Position numbers and translations under genes: made by a program
Notes under the pieces: generated by a model
What the model was told of the DNA's origin: nothing
What the model saw: only the letters and a program-made list of their open reading frames with translations
The model's database searches: none
Part shown: positions 54,701 through 64,000 of the stretch, piece by piece
Layout: the number at the start of each line of letters is the position of its first letter
How positions within the stretch are numbered: position 1 is the first letter of the stretch
Source: Sminthopsis crassicaudata
Taxonomy: Eukaryota
DNA: 64,000 bases
Assembly (NCBI RefSeq): GCF_048593235.1
Contig: NC_133617.1
Coordinates: forward strand, 394,262,067 to 394,326,066
Direction: 5' to 3'

Positions 54701-57700
54701 GATGTCAGAGGATAGGAAGGGAGCTTAGTTCTAACCCCAGCACTTGGTATTTGAAGGAAGGTGTATATTAGGTATCAAAATACTTGGTATTTTGAAGGAG
54801 GATATATACTAAAACTTCTATGCTATTTTAAAAAAGAAAAACTGGAAAATAGTATGGCAGAAACTAGGCATTGATCAACACCTAAAACCCTATACCAAGA
54901 AAGGTAAAAATGGGTTTGTACTTTAGTCATAAAGGGTGATACTATAAGCATATTAGGAGAAGGGATAGTTTATCTCTCAGATCTGCAGAGAAGGGAGGAA
55001 TTTATGACCAAAGCACTAGTGAATATCATGAAATAAAAAATGGATAATTTTGATTATATTAAGTTAAAAAGGTTTTGCAAATGTAGTCAAGATTCGAAGG
55101 GAAACAGAGAGCTAGAAAAAAAATTTTATAGCCAGTGTTTCTGATAAAGGTCTCATTTTCAAAATATATAGAGAAATGATTCAATTTATTATTTTTTAAA
55201 TTTTTTATTAAAACTTTTTATTTACAAAGCATATGCATGGGGAATTTTTCCAATATTGACCCTTGCATAACGTTTTGTTGCAAATTTTCTCCTCTTTCCC
55301 CCTACCTTCTCCCCTAGCTGGCAGGTAGTCCAATACATGTTAAATATGTTGAAATATATGTTAGATCCAATATATATTTATTTATACAGTTATCTTGTTC
55401 AAGAAAAATCATATCAAGAAGGAAGAAAAAGAAAAAATGAGAAAGTAAACACAACGAAAGCAAATAGAGTAAGAATGCTATGTTGTGTTCCACACTCTGT
55501 TCCACTCTGTCTGCATCTCTAGATGTAAATGACTCTCTTCATCATTGCACAAATGGAACTGGTTTGAATCATCTCAATATTGAGGAGAGCCACGTCCATC
55601 AGAATTAATCATGGTATAGTCTTGTTGTTGCCATGTATAATGACCTCCTGGTTCTGCTCATTTCACTTAACATCAGTTCATATAAGTCTCTCCAGGCCTT
55701 TCTGAAATCATCCTGTTGGTCATTTCTTGCAGAACAATAATATTCCATAACATTCATATACTATAACTTATTCAGCCATTCTCCAATTGATGGGCATCTA
55801 CTCAGTTTCCAGTTTCTAGCCACTACAAAGAAGGTCCCTTTCCCCCTTTAAGATCTCTTTGGGATATAAGCCCAGTAGTAGCACTGCTGAATCAAAGGGT
55901 ATGCACAGTTTGATAACTTTTTCAGCATAGTTCCAGATTGTTCTCCATTTTTTTTTCCCCCTGAGGCTGGGGTTAAGTGACTTGCCCAGGGTCACACAGC
56001 TAGGAAGTGTTAAGTATCTGAGACCACATTTGAACTCGGGTCCTCCTGAATTCAGGGCTGGTGCTCCATCCACTTCGCCACCTAACTGCCCCCATTCCAG
56101 ATTGTTCTCAAGAATGGTTGGATAGGTTCACAGTTCCACCAACAAGGTATCAGTGCCCCAGTTTTCCCACATCCCCTCCAACATTCCTCATTATCTTTTC
56201 CTGTGATCTTAACCAATCTGACAGGTGTGTAATAGTATCTCAGAGTTGTCTTAATTTGCATTTCTCTGATCAATAGTGATTTGGAGCACCTTTTCATGTG
56301 ACTACAAATAGTTTCAATTTCTTCATCTGAAAATTGTCTGTTCATATCCTTTGACCATTTATCAATTGGAGAATGGCTTGAACTATTATAAATGAGTCAA
56401 TTCTCTATTTTAGAAATGAGGTCTTTATCAGATCCTTTGGATGTAAAAATGTTTTCCCAGTTTACTGTTTCCTTTCTAATTTTGTCTGCATTAGTTTTGT
56501 TTGTACAAAAACTTTTTAACTTAATATAATCAAAATTATCTATTTTATGATAAATAATGATCTCTAGTTCTTCTTTGGTCACAAATTCCTTCCTCCTCCA
56601 CAGATTTGGGAGGTAAATTATCCTATGTTTTTCTAATTTGTTTATAGTATCATTCTTCATGTCTAGATCATGAACCCATTTAGACCTTATCTTGGTATAA
56701 GGTGTTAGGTGTGGATAAATGATTCAATCCCCAATTGGTAAATGGTCAAAGAATATGTAGACACATTTTTAGTTGAACAAATTAAAGCCATTTCTAGTCA
56801 CATGAAAAAAATGCTCTAAATCACTACTGATTAGAGAAATGCAAGTTAAGACAACTCTGAGGTACACACCTCTTAGTTGGCTAAGATGATAGGAAAAAAT
56901 AATGTTGAATGTTGGAGGGAATGTGGGAAAACTGGGACACTGATATATTGTTGGTGGAACTGTGAATGGATCCAGCTATCGAGAAAATCAATTTGGAACT
57001 ATGCCCAAAAGGCTATCTGTTACAGGAACCACCTGTTAGTGGCTGCTGGGCATTAGCCAATTCACAAGCAAATTCTGCCTCAATAAAGGCTCAGTTGCAA
57101 TTCCTTCAAATATGTTATTCACAGCTGAGGGGGATTTCCAGAGAACTGACCTGCCCCATCATACTTAGTCATGATCCTTAACTTATCAAACTGTGTACGC
57201 CCTTTGATCCAGCAGTGTTTCTACTGGGCTTATATCCCAAAGAGATCTAAAGGAGGGAAAGGGATCCACATGTGCAAAAATGTTTGTGGCAGCCCTTTTT
57301 GTAGTGGCAAGAAACTGGAAACTGAGTGGATGCCCATCAATTGGAGAATGGATGAATAAGTTATGGTATGTGAATGTTAGGGAATATTATTGTTCTATGA
57401 GAAACAATCAGCAGGATGATTTCAGAAAGGCCTGGAGAGTCTAACATAAGCTGAGTGAAATAAGCAGAACCAGGAGATCACTGTACATGGCAACAACATA
57501 ATTATGTGATGATCAACTGTGATGGATATGGCTCTTCTTAACAATGTGTTGATTACAATAGACTTGAGATGGAAAATACCATTAGCATTCAGAAAGAGAG
57601 AACTATCAAGTTAAGACTGAATATGGATCAATGTATAATATTTTCACCTTCTTTGTAGTTGTTGTTTGTTTGCTTATTTTTTTTCTCTTTTTCAGGTTTT

Positions 57701-60700
57701 TTTGCCCTTTTGATCTGATTTTTCTTGCACAGCATGATGAATATGGAAATATGTTTAGAAGAACTACACACGTTTAACTTCTATTGGATTGCTTGATGTC
57801 TTGGGGGAGAAGAGAAAAGGGAGAAAAATTTGGAATACAAGATTTTCAAGATAAATGATGAAAACTATCTTTGTATGTATTTGGAACAATAAAATACTGG
57901 TTTAAAAAAAGCTGCTACAAATATTTTTGCAAATGGGGCTTCTTTTCCTTTTGCTCTCTTCAGGGTATAGGCCTTTAGTCAAAAGCTGAATCAGAGGGTA
58001 TACATTCTTTAGTGATTCTGGGAGCATGATTTTAAATTGCTTTTCAACCTGCTACACCAATTCACAACTCCAAAAGTACATAAGTATATCAAATTTCCCA
58101 AAGCCTTTCAAACATGTCATTTCCCCTTTGGTCATCTTTGCCAATTTGATAGGTATAAAATGAAAAAGGAGTTGCTTTAATTTGTATTTTTCTCATTATT
58201 AGTTATTTGAAATATTTTTTCCATTTACTCGAATTTGTAAGAAAAAGAATTCCCCAAGAGACAGTCAAAAGACATGCACAATTAGCTTTCTTTTTTTCTT
58301 TTTTTTTTTTTTTTTGGAGAGGCAATTGGGATTAAATGACTTGCCCAGGGTCACACACCTAGTGAGTGTTAAGTGTATGAGGCCAGTTTTGAACCCAGAT
58401 TCTCCTAACCGGTGCTTTATTTATTGTGCCATCTAGCTGCCCCAACAGTTAGTTTTCAAAGAAAAAAAAAAATGAAAATAAAGAAACAAGTTATCTTTGA
58501 GATTGGCTCTGATGGTCTCTAAATCCTTTCTAACTTTACAAAGATGGTTCTGTGATTTAGAAATAAGAGAGAATCATTCAGAAAGGAAACAAAATTTAAT
58601 GGTCCTTCTCTATTTGAGAAGTAACACTAGCGACCCCAGGAACTAAAGTTACAGCATAGTGTTTGAATCATCTCTACTTACATAGCTGGACAATTGAGTC
58701 CCAAGTTCTGGATGCCCAAATGATTCCTCTCCTCAAAAGAAGCAACTGGTAGTGGGTATCCAGCGCTTAAGACTGTCACTGGCACATAGTGGTTAGTAAA
58801 TGTTTATTGAACAGATGAATGATTATCTGGTGTACAAGACACCTGTCTCACCTTGCACTGGAACCCTTCAGTCTCAGCTCCTGCACTGCTCCGACTGCCC
58901 ACAGGCGAATCCGCTTAGTGTTGCTGCCGCTGACTAGCCGGTTTCCAGAACACAGAAGGATACCTAGGACACCAGGAAAAAATTAATCCATTTCCTGACC
59001 TTGGGTCTTGAACTGATCAGAGAACCACAGAATATTATTGTTAAAAGAGATCTTAGGATATAGACTGGGATACCCTGAAGGATGTTAGAATAGATAATAT
59101 CATCAATACATTGTTGGTGGAGCTGTAAATTAATACAACCATTTTGGAAAGTAATTTGGAATTATTCAAATAAGGTGACTAAAACATTCAGAGCCTTTGA
59201 ACCAAAGATTCCACTATGGAGCTTAAACCCCAAGAAAGTCATTGATAAGAAAAAAAAAAAAATCTCTTTGTACTCCAATAGAATTAGAAACAAAATAGGT
59301 GCCTATCAGTTGGGGAATGGCTAAACAAACTGTGGTATACACATATAATGGAATATTATTGTACAAGAAATGATGTATATGGTGAATACAAAGAAATATT
59401 AAAGATCTACACAAAGTGATGCAGGATAACATTAGCAGAGACAAGAAAACAATATAGTAACTATAACAATATAAATGGAAAGAACATCACACCAAAAAAG
59501 CAAAAGTAAATGTAACAAAATTATAAAGATGAAATGGGACTTGAAAGAAGAGTGTAAGAAGATATCCCCAATCTGCCTATTCATGGAGCTGGGAAATCTA
59601 CAGGTATTAAACACTGTATGTTTTTGGACTCTAATAAAATAGTATTTGTCATATGAGATGGCTCTTTGGAAATGGGAGGGAGAAACTATTAGAGATAATT
59701 GCAATGATGTAAGAAACAGAAGATATCAATAAAATTTATTATTATTTTTTAAAATACTATCAGAGAGTTTGTACTGAACATGGGGGGAGCATTTCTTGTT
59801 CCATGTGGAATTTTTTTTTTGGTAATGGTATCTACTCTCAACAGTTTTTGCACTGGTATCTACTCACCAATCTCACCCTCATCAGCTTCCCAGGTCATAA
59901 AACAGCGGTTGGTGCTTATATCCCAGACACAAATCTGTCCAGTGTTGGTGCCACTATAGAGTAAGGGGATGATGCTATAGCATATTGATGTCAGTTCTAC
60001 CGGTCCTATTTCCTCAGGCACAGGAACTCTATGGACCTGACACAAAGATAAGAAATATCAACTGATATTATGGATTGTGGTGGACATTTCATCCTTGCCA
60101 AATCAGGAAAAAGCAGGGGCAAACAATCCTCTATAACCACCCAAAGCCACAGAGCGGCCTCTGAATACCAGAAGGTTACCCTAAACAAGCACTTCCTGAC
60201 CTGTCAGAAAAGAAAGAGTTAAAGGATGGAAACATACCTGAAGGTTGATGTCAGCTCCCCACTGCTTCATGAGCCAGAAAGTGATAGCTCCCTGGCCCAC
60301 ACAAGCAAGCTCATTAGCACTGAAAGGGTTAAAAGCCACTTCATGAACTGGCTCCATGAACCGGGTGGAGGACATCAGTTCATAGGTGAAGGCATTCCAG
60401 AGGGCAATAGTACGGTCACTGTAATCCCCTGGAAATCAGACATATATTTGTATAAGCTCTTTAAGGGTAGACTGTTTTTGGTTTCTTTCTAACATTAGCA
60501 TCTAACACAGTAACATGGTCAGATTGCACATAGTAAGCATTTAATGAGTGCTTGTTAAATTGGTTGCTAGATGGCACCTAGAATCCTCTAGTTTACCAAC
60601 GATGAAGTTTAAGCCAGACTATTTGGCATCAGAAAGTCATAATTCATAAGGAGAAAACACCAAGGCCCCCATAAACAAATACAATTTTTTTGGGTCATAT

Positions 60701-60939
60701 TTAAATCCAAAATTTCATATTAGCCTTGGCCAAATGAAAGACAAATTGGGTTTGAACTCTGAATACCATTGCTACTAACCCAGAGTGATAAAAAGTCTAT
60801 TATTCTGTGAATATGCCATGGCTTGTACTTCAGTCTCATGATGAAATAGAACCTTGAGGCAAGTCCCCTCTGGCACATCCCAGATTCGGATTTGACAACG
60901 GGAGTTCTTATCTCCCCAGCCTGAGGCAGAGGCAAGGAC
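41631..60939 (-). CDS. WDR90: WD repeat-containing protein 90 (centriolar inner scaffold), last 12 coding exons; 5' part lies beyond the window
   Basis: Exons 60780-60939, 60238-60428, 59868-60036, 58852-58963, 51998-52169, 51306-51428, 50604-50781, 45899-46029, 45403-45543, 45177-45296, 44695-44779, 41631-41899 (1851 nt, phase-compatible, GT-AG). WD40 repeats include VLASASG...CQIRIWDV, LDGAVVSASFDDSMDMGIVGTTAGTLW and GHNDAVHLCRFTPSGQLLFTAA. I found no further exon in 61000-64000. Confidence 0.94.
42268..42450 (+). mobile_element. MAR1-type SINE
   Basis: Head GGCAGCTAGATGGCACAGTGG, B box, tail GAGCTGAAGAAGGAAATAGCAAAA...CCAGTATCTCTTGCCAAG. Confidence 0.65.
42480..43900 (+). mobile_element. 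Degenerate LINE-2 fragment (last WDR90 intron)
   Basis: C/T-rich L2 ORF2-like sequence ending in an L2-type 3' tail near 43840-43900. Boundaries are approximate. Confidence 0.6.
47390..49210 (+). mobile_element. Degenerate L1-related element with ORF1 remnant and 3' end but no ORF2 (HAL1-like)
   Basis: ORF 47556-47834 is a coiled-coil ORF1p-like fragment, followed by a decayed ENRxxxNLKIIGL motif. An L1-type 3' tail runs from about 48870 to 49210. Confidence 0.55.
48667..48722. repeat. (AC)28 microsatellite
   Basis: Direct reading. Confidence 0.95.
49366..49524 (-). mobile_element. WSINE1-type SINE
   Basis: Reverse-complement consensus with a (TTTTTG)n tail. Confidence 0.8.
49975..50207 (-). 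mobile_element. MAR1-type SINE
   Basis: Reverse-complement head plus the ...GAAAAGGAAATGGCAAATCATTTCAGTGTCTTTGCCAAG tail. Confidence 0.6.
55186..56716 (-). mobile_element. Inverted, 5'-truncated LINE-1 inserted into the older L1
   Basis: Poly-T-rich start and reverse-strand ORF2 remnants (ORF track 56082-56345 and 56397-56660). Flanked by identical AAATGATTCAAT at 55174-55185 and 56717-56728. Confidence 0.75.
55950..56093 (-). mobile_element. Young WSINE1-type SINE nested in the inverted L1
   Basis: Consensus copy with 15-bp TSD TTCCAGATTGTTCTC (55931-55945 and 56095-56109). Confidence 0.85.
57018..57183 (+). mobile_element. Short solo-LTR-like insert (166 bp)
   Basis: Starts TGTTA and ends ...TTAACT (CA-like terminus), with an internal AATAAA at 57082-57087. 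It interrupts L1 sequence and has a 4-bp TSD TATC (57014-57017 and 57184-57187). Confidence 0.55.
58287..58443 (-). mobile_element. WSINE1-type SINE
   Basis: Poly-T tail plus reverse-complement consensus. Imperfect flanking repeat ACAATTAGCTTTC/ACAGTTAGTTTTC. Confidence 0.75.
59100..59750 (+). mobile_element. Old L1/HAL1-type 3' fragment
   Basis: TTGTTGGTGGAGCTGTAAATT...ACCATTTTGGAAAG...GGGGAATGGCTAAACAAACTGTGG are typical L1 3' motifs. Confidence 0.55.
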
Positions 60940-61619
60940 CTGATTGAGAAAAAACAAAACAAAACCAAAAAAGTCCAATTCATTAGAACAATCCAACAGA
61001 TGGAACTTCTTAATCCAGTAAATTACAGACCTTGAAAAATAAAATGTCAGGCCATAAACACACATATAAGTTAGATATAGACATGTGCATAGAAATACAG
61101 GAAAAACAGAAAGGAATTTTAACCCACAGTTAATCTACAAGTGAATAATTGCACCAACTCTACTATTTCTACTAATAGAAAGACATGGGTAAACCAAAAA
61201 TACTACCTGCAAAAAAAAAAAAAAAAAGCTAGCAAATGGTAAAATTCATTGATTTGAGATTTACTTTATCATCATTTCTCCGGTAAATGTACTAATCAGG
61301 AGCAAACTAAATGTGGGAGACAGCAAAGAAAAACAAAGGCCCTGTATGACAGCACCTATATAAATATGAGAAGGTATATAGTAAAAAACTCAAGTATACA
61401 GTTTATTCGCCTAAAAGAATTAATCCTTATTTCTAACCCTAACTTTCATGATAATCAATTTTTCTAAAGTAGGGAGAAAATAGACTCCGTGGAAGTTGTA
61501 TATAGTCTGAACCCTAAATTATTACTTTCTATAGATGTGGAAACTGAGTCTCTCATACTGAATATGGGGCAGCGGTTTCCAAAGATATAAACAATCTCTC
61601 AAAAAGAGGAAGTCAATAC

Positions 61620-62560
61620 TTCAATCAAATAGTTAACAAATACTTACTAAGGTCTTAATATGTGTCAAGCACTGTACTAAATGCTAGGGATACAAGTTAA
61701 AAATGAAAACAATTCCTTCTTGAAACAAGTTAATATTTTAGTGAAAGTAACATTAAGTACATATGAAAATATATAAAATAAATGCAATATATATATATAT
61801 AAAATATTATGTATGTGTAAATACACATGCATACAAAGTAGTGTTTAAGGGAGGACACTAGCAGTTGGGAGGATAAGGAAAGGCTTCCATTCAGTAGATG
61901 GTGTCTGAGCTCCTTCTCAAAGAATAAAAGGGACTCTAAGAGACATAGATAAAGAAAGATCTCCAGGAGATGGTATGTCATGAGTGAAGAATAGAAAGAA
62001 GACTGCTTGGCTGACTTAAGGGAAGAAGGGATCAAGGAAGTTGGAAAGACCCAATAGGGCTTTAAAAACTAAACAGAGGAGTTTATATTTTATCTTAGAA
62101 TGATTTGGATAACCAACTCATAGGAGTTGGTTGATTAGGGAAGTGACAAGGTCAGTCACTTAAAGAAATTTACTTTGGCAGCAGTGTGTAAGAGGAACTG
62201 AAATAGATAGAGACTTGAGCCAGAAAAAACATTTTAGAAGCTGTGGTAATAATAATTAAGGCAACAGGTGATAAGGGCCTTAACACCTCAAAGTGGTAAC
62301 TATGTGAGTAGAAAGAAGGGATTGCATGTTAGAGACTTGGCAGCTGATTTGATAGGGAAGAGGTGAGGCATCCTGGATAATAGCCAACCTAAGACACCAG
62401 AAGGATGATGGTATCTTTGACAGAAATAAATAAGTCTGGGAGAGTGGAGAATTTAGAAAGCAAGATAATGAATTGTTTTATACATTTTCAATTTAGACTA
62501 TCCAGTTTGAAGTGGTAAAACAGACAACTAATTACTTGGGCCTAGAGGTAAGACATAAGG
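61620..62560 (-). mobile_element. LINE-2 3' fragment
   Basis: Reverse complement of an L2 tail at about 61620-61700, followed by purine-rich L2 sequence. Confidence 0.5.
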
Positions 62561-62585
62561 GTAAGACATATAGAAATGGAGGAGG

Positions 62586-62735
62586 AGGGCACCTAGATAG
62601 TCCAGTGGATAGAGCACCAGCTTTAGAGTCAGAAGGACCTGAATTCAAATATGACCTCAGACACTTAAATATTTCCTAACTGTAAGACCCTGGGCAAATG
62701 CCAACTGCTCCAACCAAAAGTAAATAAATAAATGT
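62586..62735 (+). mobile_element. WSINE1-type SINE (diverged)
   Basis: GGGCACCTAGATAGTCCAGTGGATAGAGCACCAG...GAATTCAAAT... Confidence 0.7.
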
Positions 62736-63828
62736 TTAGAAATGGGGATCATCAGAGAGATAAGAAAAACAGCATTTATATAGCTCTTGAAGATTTTCAA
62801 AGCACTTTACAAATATTATCACCTCACAATTCTGGGAGATGGGTGCTATTATTATCCCCATTTTACAGATGAGGAAATTGTGTCAGGTTATGTGACTCAT
62901 CTAAAGTCACATAACATAATAAGTGACTATGGCTATCTTTGAACTTAGCTCTTCCTGACTTTAAGTCCAGCCCTCTATCTACCAAACCACTTTGTTGCCT
63001 ACTAGTTATGTAAGTTCCTTAAGAGTACAAATCATTTCACCTTTTTATCCTTGTATCCCCAGTGTATATACCAAGGTATATTACCAAGCATAATGTTTGG
63101 TATATAGCAGATGCTTGATAAATGTTTGCAGATTGACAGACATATTAAAATCCCATCCCACCTTAGGTTTTCTTTATTATAAAATAATATGATACATCTG
63201 CACGTGTTGTATCTATAAACTTTACCTTACCACTCTCACACCCAATAGAATGTTACCTGCTTGAAATAGAGCCTGTATCACTTTAAAATCTTTGTATTCC
63301 CTAGTGTACTTAATAAATGTCTGTCTATTGAATTCACAAGCCTGACTTAGCCCTTATTCCCAACTAATTATCTAAGACTGACAATTCTTCACAACTTTAT
63401 AATTCACAAAATATACTTCCCACAGCTATCCTATGATGTGAGAAGTGAAAACAATTATTTTACAGATGAGAAACTGAGGATCAGAGAAGTTAAGTAATTT
63501 GTCCTTAATCATGGGGCTAGTGAGAGGGTAGGAACCAAAATCTTATGACTTTAAATCCAATATTCTTTGCTGTGACACAGTGATCCCCAAGCTAACCTGG
63601 TTTCTTCCATCTGGTTAGCCATCATACTTCCTCAGCAGAAATCTAGGTTACCAATTTTATCTTTCTTTCTATTTATTATTTAGGCCTTTTAATGATAGAG
63701 AAAGAACAGTCACATCCTGAGCCTTCTCCAGAGGCAATATGGCAATTGGTATGTGAAAAATCTGGACTTAGATGGGAACCAGAGAATCATACTGGCTTAT
63801 AGTAATTAAAGAAAATCTTGGGTAAAAC

Positions 63829-64000
63829 TGTTAGGTTCCTTACTAGGTGATAAGTCAGTACTTAACAATTCTCTAGCTCAGAGTTCACACCTTTAGTTCA
63901 AACCTTTAAAGGAGTTTACACCTTTAAAAGGAGCTAGCTGATTGGTTGTAAAGGAGTTCCCACAAGCCCCTGGGAATACCCACAAGCTCATTCTCTGGGA
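63829..64000. mobile_element. Probable ERV LTR, truncated by the window end
   Basis: Starts TGTTAGG, with short internal direct repeats (CACCTTTA..., AAAGGAG) of the kind seen in U3 regions, and an ATTGG box. Confidence 0.4.

Larger units (their letters stand above)
54830..57900 (+). mobile_element. Older LINE-1 (ORF2 3' part + 3' UTR) interrupted by younger insertions
   Basis: L1-like sequence at about 54830-55185, 56717-57017 and 57184-57900 reads continuously once the inserts are removed. Confidence 0.7.

Overview
Mammalian genomic DNA, almost certainly marsupial; the WSINE1- and MAR1-type SINEs suggest a dasyurid, which is an inference. The window is syntenic with human 16p13.3 in reverse orientation. 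I built the gene models by hand from GT-AG boundaries and reading-frame phase. JMJD8 (+) has 8 coding exons here and lacks its first exon. STUB1/CHIP (-) has 7 exons (313 aa), RHBDL1 (-) has 8 exons (373 aa), and RHOT2/Miro2 (-) has 19 exons (618 aa). The last 12 coding exons of WDR90 (-) are also present. The main surprise lies between STUB1 and RHBDL1, where human has no protein-coding gene that I know of. It is an intact 5-exon, 236-aa gene on the + strand (CDS 8501-11758), head-to-head with STUB1 in a shared CpG island. It encodes a helix-hairpin-helix (HhH-GPD-like) putative DNA glycosylase of the poorly characterised Amun/zgc:112496-like family, with a C-terminal NLS. It keeps the catalytic-position Asp but lacks the lyase Lys. 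The ORF track misses it because it is split by introns. Other observations include a strong CTCF motif built from a SINE head, a GC-AG intron in RHOT2, a possible stop-loss extension of WDR90, 5' UTR G-quadruplex motifs and a nested transposon stack. All family names and human comparisons are from memory, not from database searches.
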